From: Eledone cirrhosa
Taxonomy: Eukaryota
Direction of reading: 5' to 3'
DNA length: 64,000 bases
NCBI GenBank assembly: GCA_964016885.1
Contig: OZ024764.1
Coordinates: forward strand, 15,252,001 to 15,316,000
The notes below the pieces were generated by a model. It had not been told where the DNA came from. It ran no database searches and saw only the letters and a list, made by a program, of their open reading frames with translations. The translations under genes were made by a program, and so were the position numbers. How positions within the stretch are numbered: position 1 is the stretch's first letter; each line of letters begins with the position of its first letter. Of this stretch, positions 10,701 to 25,700 are shown piece after piece.

Positions 10701-13700
10701 ACATACAGGGGTCTCTAGAGGCTGTATTAACACAGACAGGGGTCTCTAGAGGCTGTATTAACACATACAGGGCTCTCTAGAGGCTGTATTAACACAGACA
10801 GGGGTCTCTAGAGGCTGTATTAACACAGACAGGGGTCTCTAGAGGCTGTATTAACACATACAGGGGTCTCTAGAGGCTGTATTAACATAGACAGGGATCT
10901 CTAGAGGCTGTATTAACACAGACAGGAGTCTCTAGAGGCTGTATTAACACAGACAGGGGTCTCTAGAGGCTGTATTAACACAGACAGGGGTCTGTAGAGG
11001 CTGTATTAACACATACAGGGGTCTCTAGAGGCTGTATTAACACAGACAGGGGTCTGTAGAGGCTGTATTAACACAGACAGGGGTCTCTAGGGGCTGTATT
11101 AACACATACAGGGCTCTCTAGAGGCTGTATTAACACAGACAGGGGTCTCTAGAGGCTGTATTAACACATACAGGGGTCTCTAGAGGCTGTATTAACACAG
11201 ACAGGGGTCTCTAGAGGCTGTTTTAACACAGACAGGGGTCTCTAGAGGCTGTATTAACACAGACAGGGGTCTCTAGAGGCTGTATTAACACAGACAGGGG
11301 TCTCTAGAGGCTGTATTAACACAGACAGGGGTCTCTAGAGGCTGTATTAACACAGACAGGGGTCTCTAGAGGCTGTATTAACACAGACAGGGGTCTCTAG
11401 AGGCTGTATTAACACAGACAGGGGTCTCTAGAGACTGTATTAACACAGACAGGGGTCTCTAGAGGCTGTATTAACACAGACAGGGGTCTCTAGAGGCTGT
11501 ATTAACATATACCGGGGTCTCTAGAGGCTGTATTAACACATACAGGGGTCTCTATGGGCTGTATTAACACAGACAGGGGTCTCTAGAGGCTGTATTAACA
11601 CATACAGGGGTCTCTAGAGGCTGTATTAACATAGACAGGAGTCTCTAGAGGCTGTATTAACACAGACAGGAGTCTCTAGAGGCTGTATTAACACAGACAG
11701 GGGTCTCTAGAGGCTGTATTAACACATACAGGGGTCTCTAGAGGCTGTATTAACACAGACAGGGGTCTCTAGGGGCTGTATTAACACATACAGGGGTCTC
11801 TAGAGGCTGTATTAACACAGACAGGGTCTCTAGAGGCTGTATTAACACAGACAGGGGTCTGTAGAGGCTGTATTAACACATACAGGGGTCTCTAGAGGCT
11901 GTATTAACACAGACAGGGGTCTGTAGAGGCTGTATTAACACAGACAGGGGTCTCTAGGGGCTGTATTAACACATACAGGGCTCTCTAGAGGCTGTATTAA
12001 CACAGACAGGGGTCTCTAGAGGCTGTATTAACACAGACAGGGGTCTCTAGAGGCTGTATTAACACAGACAGGGTCTCTAGAGGCTGTATTAACACAGACA
12101 GGGGTCTGTAGAGGCTGTATTAACACAGACAGGGATCTCTAGAGGCTGTATTAACACAGACAGGGGTCTCGAGAGACTGTATTAACACAGACAGGGGTCT
12201 CTAGAGACTGTATTAACACAGACAGGGGTCTCTAGAGGCTGTATTAACACAGACAGGGGTCTCTAGAGGCTGTATTAACATATACCGGGGTCTCTAGAGG
12301 CTGTATTAACACATACAGGGGTCTCTAGAGGCTGTATTAACACAGACAGGGGTCTCTAGAGGTTGTATTAACACATACAGGGGTCTCTAGAGGCTGTATT
12401 AACACAGACAGGGGTCTCTAGAGGCGGTATTAACATATACCGGGGTCTCTAGAGGCTGTATTAACACAGACAGGGGTCTCTAGAGGCTGTATTAACACAT
12501 ACAGGGGTCTCTAGAGGCTGTATTAACACAGACAGGGGTCTCTAGAGGCTGTATTAACACAGACAGGGGTCTCTAGAGGCTGTATTAACACAGACAGGGG
12601 TCTCTAGAGGCTGTATTAACAAACAGGGGTCTCTAGAGATTGTATTAACACAGACAGGGGTCTCTAGAGGCTGTATTAACACAGACAGGGGTCTCTAGAG
12701 GCTGTATTAACACAGACAGGGGTCTCTAGAGGCTGTATTAACACAGACAGGGGTCTCTAGAGGCTGTATTAACACAGACAGGGGTCTCTAGAGGCTGTAT
12801 TAACACAGACAGGGGTCTCTAGAGGCTGTATTAACACAGACAGGGGTCTCTAGAGACTGTATTAACACAGACAGGGGTCTCTAGAGGCTGTATTAACACA
12901 GACAGGGGTCTCTAGAGGCTGTATTAACATATACCGGGGTCTCTAGAGGCTGTATTAACACATACAGGGGTCTCTATGGGCTGTATTAACACAGACAGGG
13001 GTCTCTAGAGGCTGTATTAACACATACATGGGTCTCTAGAGGCTGTATTAACATAGACAGGAGTCTCTAGAGGCTGTATTAACACAGACAGGAGTCTCTA
13101 GAGGCTGTATTAACACAGACAGGGGTCTCTAGAGGCTGTATTAACACATACAGGGGTCTCTAGAGGCTGTATTAACATAGACAGGGGTCTCTAGAGGCTG
13201 TATTAACACAGACAGGGCTCTCTAGAGGCTGTATTAACATAGACAGGAGTCTCTAGAGGCTGTATTAACACAGACAGGAGTCTCTAGAGGCTGTATTAAC
13301 ACAGACAGGGGTCTCTAGAGGCTGTATTAACATATACCGGGGTCTCTAGAGGCTGTATTAACACATACAGGGGTCTCTAGAGGCTGTATTAACACAGACA
13401 GGGGTCTCTAGAGGCTGTATTAACACAGACAGGGGTCTCTAGAGGCTGTATTAACACAGATAGGGGTCTCTAGAGGCGGTATTAACATATACCGGGGTCT
13501 CTAGAGGCTGTATTAACACAGACAGGGGTCTCTAGAGGCTGTATTAACACATACAGGGGTCTTTAGAGGCTGTATTAACACAGACAGGGGTCTCTAGAGG
13601 CTGTTTTAACACAGACAGGGGTCTCTAGAGGCTGTATTAACACAGACAGGGGTCTCTAGAGGCTGTATTAACACAGACAGGGGTCTCTAGAGGCTGTATT

Positions 13701-16700
13701 AACAGACAGGGGTCTCTAGAGACTGTATTAACACAGACAGGGGTCTCTAGAGGCTGTATTAACACAGACAGGGGTCTCTAGAGGCTGTATTAACACAGAC
13801 AGGGGTCTCTAGAGGCTGTATTAACACAGACAGGGGTCTCTAGAGGCTGTATTAACACAGACAGGGGTCTCTAGAGGCTGTATTAACACAGACAGGGGTC
13901 TCTAGAGACTGTATTAACACAGACAGGGGTCTCTAGAGGCTGTATTAACACAGACAGGGGTCTCTAGAGGCTGTATTAACATATACCGGGGTCTCTAGAG
14001 GCTGTATTAACACATACAGGGGTCTCTATGGGCTGTATTAACACAGACAGGGGTCTCTAGAGGCTGTATTAACACATACAGGGGTCTCTAGAGGCTGTAT
14101 TAACATAGACAGGAGTCTCTAGAGGCTGTATTAACACAGACAGGAGTCTCTAGAGGCTGTATTAACACAGACAGGGGTCTCTAGAGGCTGTATTAACACA
14201 TACAGGGGTCTCTAGAGGCTGTATTAACACAGACAGGGGTCTCTAGAGGCTGTATTAACATAGACAGGAGTCTCTAGAGGCTGTATTAACACAGACAGGA
14301 GTCTCTAGAGGCTGTATTAACACAGACAGGGGTCTCTAGAGGCTGTATTAACAGACAGGGGTCTCTAGAGACTGTATTAACACAGACAGGGGTCTCTAGA
14401 GGCTGTATTAACACAGACAGGAGTCTCTAGAGGCTGTATTAACACAGACAGGGGTCTCTAGAGGCTGTATTAACAGACAGGGGTCTCTAGAGACTGTATT
14501 AACACAGACAGGGGTCTCTAGAGGCTGTATTAACACAGACAGGAGTCTCTAGAGGCTGTATTAACACAGACAGGGGTCTCTAGAGGCTGTATTAACACAT
14601 ACAGGGGTCTCTAGAGGCTGTATTAACACAGACAGGGGTCTCTAGAGGCTGTATTAACACATACAGGGCTCTCTAGAGGCTGTATTAACACAGACAGGGG
14701 TCTCTAGAGGCTGTATTAACACAGACAGGGGTCTCTAGAGGCTGTATTAACACATACAGGGGTCTCTAGAGGCTGTATTAACATAGACAGGGATCTCTAG
14801 AGGCTGTATTAACACAGACAGGAGTCTCTAGAGGCTGTATTAACACAGACAGGGGTCTCTAGAGGCTGTATTAACACAGACAGGGGTCTGTAGAGGCTGT
14901 ATTAACACATACAGGGGTCTCTAGAGGCTGTATTAACACAGACAGGGGTCTGTAGAGGCTGTATTAACACAGACAGGGGTCTCTAGGGGCTGTATTAACA
15001 CATACAGGGCTCTCTAGAGGCTGTATTAACACAGACAGGGGTCTCTAGAGGCTGTATTAACACAGACAGGTGTCTCTAGAGGCTGTATTAACACAGACAG
15101 GGTCTCTGGAGGCTGTATTAACACAGACAGCGGTCTGTAGAGGCTGTATTAACACAGACAGGGGTCTCTAGAGGCTGTATTAACACAGACAGGGGTCTCT
15201 AGAGACTGTATTAACACAGACAGGGGTCTCTAGAGACTGTATTAACACAGACAGGGGTCTCTAGAGGCTGTATTAACACAGACAGGGGTCTCTAGAGGCT
15301 GTATTAACATATACCGGGGTCTCTAGAGGCTGTATTAACACATACAGGGGTCTCTAGAGGCTGTATTAACACAGACAGGGGTCTCTAGAGGTTGTATTAA
15401 CACATACAGGGGTCTCTAGAGGCTGTATTAACACAGACAGGGGTCTCTAGAGGCGGTATTAACATATACCGGGGTCTCTAGAGGCTGTATTAACACAGAC
15501 AGGGGTCTCTAGAGGCTGTATTAACACATACAGGGGTCTCTAGAGGCTGTATTAACACAGACAGGGGTCTCTAGAGGCTTTATTAACACAGACAGGGGTC
15601 TCTAGAGGCTGTATTAACACAGACAGGGGTCTCTAGAGGCTGTATTAACAAACAGGGGTCTCTAGAGACTGTATTAACACAGACAGGGGTCTCTAGAGGC
15701 TGTATTAACACAGACAGGGGTCTCTAGAGGCTGTATTAACACAGACAGGGGTCTCTAGAGGCTGTATTAACACAGACAGGGGTCTCTAGAGGCTGTATTA
15801 ACACAGACAGGGGTCTCTAGAGGCTGTATTAACACAAACAGGGGTCTCTAGAGGCTGTATTAACACAGACAGGGGTCTCTAGAGACTGTATTAACACAGA
15901 CAGGGGTCTCTAGAGGCTGTATTAACACAGACAGGGGTCTCTAGAGGCTGTATTAACATAAACCGGGGTCTCTAGAGGCTGTATTAACACATACAGGGGT
16001 CTCTATGGGCTGTATTAACACAGACAGGGGTCTCTAGAGGCTGTATTAACACATACATGGGTCTCTAGAGGCTGTATTAACATAGACAGGAGTCTCTAGA
16101 GGCTGTATTAACACAGACAGGAGTCTCTAGAGGCTGTATTAACACAGACAGGGGTCTCTAGAGGCTGTATTAACACATACAGGGGTCTCTAGAGGCTGTA
16201 TTAACATAGACAGGGGTCTCTAGAGGCTGTATTAACACAGACAGGGCTCTCTAGAGACTGTATTAACATAGACAGGAGTCTCTAGAGGCTGTATTAACAC
16301 AGACAGGAGTCTCTAGAGGCTGTATTAACAGACAGGGGTCTCTAGAGACTGTATTAACACAGACAGGGGTCTCTAGAGGCTGTATTAACACAGACAGGGG
16401 TCTCTAGAGGCTGTATTAACACAGACAGGGGTCTCTAGAGGCTGTATTAACACAGACAGGGGTCTCTAGAGGCTGTATTAACACAGACAGGGGTCTCTAG
16501 AGGCTGTATTAACACAGACAGGGGTCTCTAGAGACTGTATTAACACAGACAGGGGTCTCTAGAGGCTGTATTAACACAGACAGGGGTCTCTAGAGGCTGT
16601 ATTAACATATACCGGGGTCTCTAGAGGCTGTATTAACACATACAGGGGTCTCTATGGGCTGTATTAACACAGACAGGGGTCTCTAGAGGCTGTATTAACA

Positions 16701-19700
16701 CAGACAGGGGTCTCTAGAGGCTGTATTAACATAGACAGGAGTCTCTAGAGGCTGTATTAACACAGACAGGAGTCTCTAGAGGCTGTATTAACACAGACAG
16801 GGGTCTCTAGAGGCTGTATTAACAGACAGGGGTCTCTAGAGACTGTATTAACACAGACAGGGGTCTCTAGAGGCTGTATTAACACAGACAGGAGTCTCTA
16901 GAGGCTGTATTAACACAGACAGGGGTCTCTAGAGGCTGTATTAACAGACAGGGGTCTCTAGAGACTGTATTAACACAGACAGGGGTCTCTAGAGGCTGTA
17001 TTAACACAGACAGGAGTCTCTAGAGGCTGTATTAACACAGACAGGGGTCTCTAGAGGCTGTATTAACATAGACAGGAGTCTCTAGAGGCTGTATTAACAC
17101 AGACAGGGGTCTCTAGAGGCTGTATTAACACAGACAGGGGTCTCTAGAGGCTGTATTAACACAGACAGGGGTCTCTAGAGGCTGTATTAACACAGACAGG
17201 GCTCTCTAGAGGCTGTATTAACACAGACAGGGGTCTCTAGAGGCTGTATTAACATAGACAGGAGTCTCTAGAGGCTGTATTAACACAGACAGGAGTCTCT
17301 AGAGGCTGTATTAAAACAGACAGGGGTCTCTAGAGGCTGTATTAACACATACAGGGGTCTCTAGAGGCTGTATTAACACAGACAGGAGTCTCTAGAGGCT
17401 GTATTAACACAGACAGGGGTCTCTAGAGGCTGTATTAACACAGACAGGGGTCTCTAGAGGCTGTATTAACACATACAGGGGTCTCTAGAGGCTGTATTAA
17501 CATAGACAGGGATCTCTAGAGGCTGTATTAACACATACAGGGCTCTCTAGAGGCTGTATTAACACAGACAGGGGTCTTTAGAGGCTGTATTAACACAGAC
17601 AGGAGTCTCTAGAGGCTGTATTAACACAGACAGGGGTCTCTAGAGGCTGTATTAACACAGACAGGGGTCTCTAGAGGCTGTATTAACACAGACAGGGGTC
17701 TTTAGAGGCTGTATTAACACATACAGGGCTCTCTAGAGGCTGTATTAACACAGACAGGGGTCTTTAGAGGCTGTATTAACACAGACAGGAGTCTCTAGAG
17801 GCTGTATTAACACAGACAGGGGTCTCTAGAGGCTGTATTAACACAGACAGGGGTCTCTAGAGGCTGTATTAACACAGACAGGGGTCTTTAGAGGCTGTAT
17901 TAACACAGACAGGAGTCTCTAGAGGCTGTATTAACACAGACAGGGGTCTCTAGAGGCTGTATTAACACAGACAGGGGTCTCTAGAGGCTGTATTAACACA
18001 TACAGGGGTCTCTAGAGACTGTATTAACACATACTGGGGTCTCTAGAGGCTATATTAACATAGACAGGGGTCTCTAGAGGCTGTATCAACACAGACAGGG
18101 GTCTCTAGAGACTGTATTAACACATACAGGGGTCTCTATGGGCTGTATTAACACATACAGGGGTCTCTAGGGGCTGTATTAACACATACAGGGGTCTCTA
18201 GGGGATGTATTAACACATACAGGGGTCTCTAGGGGTTGTATTAACACATACAGGGGTCTCTAGATGCTGTATTAACACATACAGGGGTCTCTAGAGGCTG
18301 TATTAACACAGACAGGGGTCTCTAGGGGCTGTATTAACACATACAGGGGTCTCTAGAGGCTGTATTAACACAGACAGGGGTCTCTAGAGGCTGTATTAAC
18401 ACATACAGGGGTCTCTAGGGGCTGTATTAATACAGACAGGGGTCTCTAGGGGCTGTATTAACACAGACAGGGGTCTCTAGAGGCTGTATTAACACAGACA
18501 GGGGTCTCTAGAGGCCGTATTAACACAGACAGGGGTCTCTAGAGGCTGTATTAACACAGACAGGGGTCTCTAGAGGCTGTATTAACACAGACAGGGGTCT
18601 CTAGAGGCTGTATTAACACAGACAGGGGTATCTAGAGGCTGTATTAACACAGACAGGGGTCTCTAGAGGCTGTATTAACACAGACAGGGGTCTCTAGGGG
18701 CTGTATTAACACATACAGGGGTCTCTAGAGGCTGTATTAACACAGACAGGGGTCTCTAGAGGCTGTATTAACACAAACAGGGGTCTCTAGAGGCTGTATT
18801 AACACAGACAGGGGTCTTTAGAGGCTGTATTAACACAGACAGGGGTCTCTAGAGGCTGTATTAACACAGACAGGGGTCTCTAGAGGCTGTATTAACACAT
18901 ACAGGGGTCTCTAGAGGCTGTATTAACACAGACAGGGGTCTCTAGAGGCTGTATTAACACATACAGGGGTCTCTAGAGGCTGTATTAACACAGACAGGGG
19001 TCTCTAGAGACTGTATTAACGCATACAGGGGTCTCTAGAGGCTGTATTAACACAGACAGGGGTCTCTAGAGGCTGTATTAACACATACAGGGGTCTCTAG
19101 AGGCTGTATTAACACAGACAGGGGTCTCTAGAGGCTGTATTAACACAGACAGGGGTCTCTAGAGGCTGTATTAACACAGACAGGGGTCTGTAGAGGCTGT
19201 ATTAACACATACAGGGGTCTCTAGAGGCTGTATTAACACAGACAGGGGTCTCTAGAGGCTGTATTAACACATACAGGGGTCTCTAGAGGCTGTATTAACA
19301 CAGACAGGGGTCTCTAGAGGCGGTATTAACATATACCGGGGTCTCTAGAGGCTGTATTAACACAGACAGGGGTCTCTAGAGGCTGTATTAACACATACAG
19401 GGGTCTCTAGAGGCTGTATTAACACAGACAGGGGTCTCTAGAGGCTGTTTTAACACAGACAGGGGTCTCTAGAGGCTGTATTAACACAGACAGGGGTCTC
19501 TAGAGGCTGTATTAACACAGACAGGGGTCTCTAGAGGCTGTATTAACAGACAGGGGTCTCTAGAGACTGTATTAACACAGACAGGGGTCTCTAGAGGCTG
19601 TATTAACACAGACAGGGGTCTCTAGAGGCTGTATTAACACAGACAGGGGTCTCTAGAGGCTGTATTAACACAGACAGGGGTCTCTAGAGGCTGTATTAAC

Positions 19701-22700
19701 ACAGACAGGGGTCTCTAGAGGCTGTATTAACACAGACAGGGGTCTCTAGAGACTGTATTAACACAGACAGGGGTCTCTCGAGGCTGTATTAACACAGACA
19801 GGGGTCTCTAGAGGCTGTATTAACATATACCGGGGTCTCTAGAGGCTGTATTAACACATACAGGGGTCTCTATGGGCTGTATTAACACAGACAGGGGTCT
19901 CTAGAGGCTGTATTAACACATACAGGGGTCTCTAGAGGCTGTATTAACATAGACAGGAGTCTCTAGAGGCTGTATTAACACAGACAGGAGTCTCTAGAGG
20001 CTGTATTAACACAGACAGGGGTCTCTAGAGGCTGTATTAACACATACAGGGGTCTCTAGAGGCTGTATTAACACAGACAGGGGTCTGTAGAGGCTGTATT
20101 AACACATACAGGGGTCTCTAGAGGCTGTATTAACACAGACAGGGGGCTGTAGAGGCTGTATTAACACAGACAGGGGTCTCTAGGGGCTGTATTAACACAT
20201 ACAGGGCTCTCTAGAGGCTGTATTAACACAGACAGGGGTCTCTAGAGGCTGTATTAACACAGACAGGGGTCTCTAGAGGCTGTATTAACACAGACAGGGT
20301 CTCTAGAGGCTGTATTAACACAGACAGGGGTCTGTAGAGGCTGTATTAACACAGACAAGGGATCTCTAGAGGCTGTATTAACACAGACAGGGGTCTCTAG
20401 AGACTGTATTAACACAGACAGGGGTCTCTAGAGACTGTATTAACACAGACAGGGGTCTCTAGAGGCTGTATTAACACAGACAGGGGTCTCTAGAGGCTGT
20501 ATTAACATATACCGGGGTCTCTAGAGGCTGTATTAACACATACAGGGGTCTCTAGAGGCTGTATTAACACAGACAGGGGTCTCTAGAGGTTGTATTAACA
20601 CATACAGGGGTCTCTAGAGGCTGTATTAACACAGACAGGGGTCTCTAGAGGCGGTATTAACATATACCGGGGTCTCTAGAGGCTGTATTAACACAGACAG
20701 GGGTCTCTAGAGGCTGTATTAACACATACAGGGGTCTCTAGAGGCTGTATTAACACAGACAGGGGTCTCTAGAGGCTGTATTAACACAGACAGGGGTCTC
20801 TAGAGGCTGTATTAACACAGACAGGGGTCTCTAGAGGCTGTATTAACAAACAGGGGTCTCTAGAGATTGTATTAACACAGACAGGGGTCTCTAGAGGCTG
20901 TATTAACACAGACAGGGGTCTCTAGAGGCTGTATTAACACAGACAGGGGTCTCTAGAGGCTGTATTAACACAGACAGGGGTCTCTAGAGGCTGTATTAAC
21001 ACAGACAGGGGTCTCTAGAGGCTGTATTAACACAGACAGGGGTCTCTAGAGGCTGTATTAACACAGACAGGGGTCTCTAGAGACTGTATTAACACAGACA
21101 GGGGTCTCTAGAGGCTGTATTAACACAGACAGGGGTCTCTAGAGGCTGTATTAACATATACCGGGGTCTCTAGAGGCTGTATTAACACATACAGGGGTCT
21201 CTATGGGCTGTATTAACACAGACAGGGGTCTCTAGAGGCTGTATTAACACATACATGGGTCTCTAGAGGCTGTATTAACATAGACAGGAGTCTCTAGAGG
21301 CTGTATTAACACAGACAGGAGTCTCTAGAGGCTGTATTAACACAGACAGGGGTCTCTAGAGGCTGTATTAACACATACAGGGGTCTCTAGAGGCTGTATT
21401 AACATAGACAGGGGTCTCTAGAGGCTGTATTAACACAGACAGGGCTCTCTAGAGGCTGTATTAACATAGACAGGAGTCTCTAGAGGCTGTATTAACACAG
21501 ACAGGAGTCTCTAGAGGCTGTATTAACACAGACAGGGGTCTCTAGAGGCTGTATTAACATATACCGGGGTCTCTAGAGGCTGTATTAACACATACAGGGG
21601 TCTCTAGAGGCTGTATTAACACAGACAGGGGTCTCTAGAGGCTGTATTAACACAGACAGGGGTCTCTAGAGGCTGTATTAACACAGATAGGGGTCTCTAG
21701 AGGCGGTATTAACATATACCGGGGTCTCTAGAGTCTGTATTAACACAGACAGGGGTCTCTAGAGGCTGTATTAACACATACAGGGGTCTCTAGAGGCTGT
21801 ATTAACACAGACAGGGGTCTCTAGAGGCTGTTTTAACACAGACAGGGGTCTCTAGAGGCTGTATTAACACAGACAGGGGTCTCTAGAGGCTGTATTAACA
21901 CAGACAGGGGTCTCTAGAGGCTGTATTAACAGACAGGGGTCTCTAGAGACTGTATTAACACAGACAGGGGTCTCTAGAGGCTGTATTAACACAGACAGGG
22001 GTCTCTAGAGGCTGTATTAACACAGACAGGGGTCTCTAGAGGCTGTATTAACACAGACAGGGGTCTCTAGAGGCTGTATTAACACAGACAGGGGTCTCTA
22101 GAGGCTGTATTAACACAGACAGGGGTCTCTAGAGACTGTATTAACACAGACAGGGGTCTCTAGAGGCTGTATTAACACAGACAGGGGTCTCTAGAGGCTG
22201 TATTAACATATACCGGGGTCTCTAGAGGCTGTATTAACACATACAGGGGTCTCTATGGGCTGTATTAACACAGACAGGGGTCTCTAGAGGCTGTATTAAC
22301 ACATACAGGGGTCTCTAGAGGCTGTATTAACATAGACAGGAGTCTCTAGAGGCTGTATTAACACAGACAGGAGTCTCTAGAGGCTGTATTAACACAGACA
22401 GGGGTCTCTAGAGGCTGTATTAACACATACAGGGGTCTCTAGAGGCTGTATTAACACAGACAGGGGTCTCTAGAGGCTGTATTAACACAGACAGGGGTCT
22501 CTAGAGGCTGTATTAACATAGACAGGAGTCTCTAGAGGCTGTATTAACACAGACAGGAGTCTCTAGAGGCTGTATTAACACAGACAGGGGTCTCTAGAGG
22601 CTGTATTAACAGACAGGGGTCTCTAGAGACTGTATTAACACAGACAGGGGTCTCTAGAGGCTGTATTAACACAGACAGGAGTCTCTAGAGGCTGTATTAA

Positions 22701-25700
22701 CACAGACAGGGGTCTCTAGAGGCTGTATTAACAGACAGGGGTCTCTAGAGACTGTATTAACACAGACAGGGGTCTCTAGAGGCTGTATTAACACAGACAG
22801 GAGTCTCTAGAGGCTGTATTAACACAGACAGGGGTCTCTAGAGGCTGTATTAACACATACAGGGGTCTCTAGAGGCTGTATTAACACAGACAGGGGTCTC
22901 TAGAGGCTGTATTAACACATACAGGGCTCTCTAGAGGCTGTATTAACACAGACAGGGGTCTCTAGAGGCTGTATTAACACAGACAGGGGTCTCTAGAGGC
23001 TGTATTAACACATACAGGGGTCTCTAGAGGCTGTATTAACATAGACAGGGATCTCTAGAGGCTGTATTAACACAGACAGGAGTCTCTAGAGGCTGTATTA
23101 ACACAGACAGGGGTCTCTAGAGGCTGTATTAACACAGACAGGGGTCTGTAGAGGCTGTATTAACACATACAGGGGTCTCTAGAGGCTGTATTAACACAGA
23201 CAGGGGGTCTGTAGAGGCTGTATTAACACAGACAGGGGTCTCTAGGGGCTGTATTAACACATACAGGGCTCTCTAGAGGCTGTATTAACACAGACAGGGG
23301 TCTCTAGAGGCTGTATTAACACAGACAGGGGTCTCTAGAGGCTGTATTAACACAGACAGGGTCTCTAGAGGCTGTATTAACACAGACAGGGGTCTGTAGA
23401 GGCTGTATTAACACAGACAGGGGTCTCTAGAGGCTGTATTAACACAGACAGGGGTCTCTAGAGACTGTATTAACACAGACAGGGGTCTCTAGAGACTGTA
23501 TTAACACAGACAGGGGTCTCTAGAGGCTGTATTAACACAGACAGGGGTCTCTAGAGGCTGTATTAACATATACCGGGGTCTCTAGAGGCTGTATTAACAC
23601 ATACAGGGGTCTCTAGAGGCTGTATTAACACAGACAGGGGTCTCTAGAGGTTGTATTAACACATACAGGGGTCTCTAGAGGCTGTATTAACACAGACAGG
23701 GGTCTCTAGAGGCGGTATTAACATATACCGGGGTCTCTAGAGGCTGTATTAACACAGACAGGGGTCTCTAGAGGCTGTATTAACACATACAGGGGTCTCT
23801 AGAGGCTGTATTAACACAGACAGGGGTCTCTAGAGGCTTTATTAACACAGACAGGGGTCTCTAGAGGCTGTATTAACACAGACAGGGGTCTCTAGAGGCT
23901 GTATTAACAAACAGGGGTCTCTAGAGACTGTATTAACACAGACAGGGGTCTCTAGAGGCTGTATTAACACAGACAGGGGTCTCTAGAGGCTGTATTAACA
24001 CAGACAGGGGTCTCTAGAGGCTGTATTAACACAGACAGGGGTCTCTAGAGGCTGTATTAACACAGACAGGGGTCTCTAGAGGCTGTATTAACACAGACAG
24101 GGGTCTCTAGAGGCTGTATTAACACAGACAGGGGTCTCTAGAGACTGTATTAACACAGACAGGGGTCTCTAGAGGCTGTATTAACACAGACAGGGGTCTC
24201 TAGAGGCTGTATTAACATAAACCGGGGTCTCTAGAGGCTGTATTAACACATACAGGGGTCTCTATGGGCTGTATTAACACAGACAGGGGTCTCTAGAGGC
24301 TGTATTAACACATACATGGGTCTCTAGAGGCTGTATTAACATAGACAGGAGTCTCTAGAGGCTGTATTAACACAGACAGGAGTCTCTAGAGGCTGTATTA
24401 ACACAGACAGGGGTCTCTAGAGGCTGTATTAACACATACAGGGGTCTCTAGAGGCTGTATTAACACAGACAGGGGTCTCTAGAGGCTGTATTAACACAGA
24501 CAGGGGTCTCTAGAGGCTGTATTAACATAGACAGGAGTCTCTAGAGGCTGTATTAACACAGACAGGAGTCTCTAGGGGCTGTATTAACACAGACAGGGGT
24601 CTCTAGAGGCTGTATTAACAGACAGGGGTCTCTAGAGACTGTATTAACACAGACAGGGGTCTCTAGAGGCTGTATTAACACAGACAGGAGTCTCTAGAGG
24701 CTGTATTAACACAGACAGGGGTCTCTAGAGGCTGTATTAACAGACAGGGGTCTCTAGAGACTGTATTAACACAGACAGGGGTCTCTAGAGGCTGTATTAA
24801 CACAGACAGGAGTCTCTAGAGGCTGTATTAACACAGACAGGGGTCTCTAGAGGCTGTATTAACATAGACAGGAGTCTCTAGAGGCTGTATTAACACAGAC
24901 AGGGGTCTCTAGAGGCTGTATTAACACAGACAGGGGTCTCTAGAGGCTGTATTAACACAGACAGGGGTCTCTAGAGGCTGTATTAACACAGACAGGGGTC
25001 TCTAGAGGCTGTATTAACACAGACAGGGGTCTCTAGAGGCTGTATTAACACAGACAGGGGTCTCTAGAGGCTGTATTAACACAGACAGGGGTCTCTAGAG
25101 GCTGTATTAACACAGACAGGGGTCTCTAGAGGCTGTATTAACACAGACAGGGGTCTCTAGAGGCTGTATTAACACAGACAGGGGTCTCTAGAGGCTGTAT
25201 TAACACAGACAGGGGTCTCTAGAGGCTGTATTAACACAGACAGGGGTCTCTAGAGGCTGTATTAACACAGACAGGGGTCTCTAGAGGCTGTATTAACACA
25301 GACAGGGGTCTCTAGAGGCTGTATTAACACAGACAGGGGTCTCTAGAGGCTGTATTAACACAGACAGGGGTCTCTAGAGGCTGTATTAACACAGACAGGG
25401 GTCTCTAGAGGCTGTATTAACACAGACAGGGGTCTCTAGAGGCTGTATTAACACAGACAGGGGTCTCTAGAGGCTGTATTAACACAGACAGGGGTCTCTA
25501 GAGGCTGTATTAACACAGACAGGGGTCTCTAGAGGCTGTATTAACACAGACAGGGGTCTCTAGAGGCTGTATTAACACAGACAGGGGTCTCTAGAGGCTG
25601 TATTAACACAGACAGGGCTCTCTAGAGGCTGTATTAACACAGACAGGGGTCTCTAGAGGCTGTATTAACATAGACAGGAGTCTCTAGAGGCTGTATTAAC

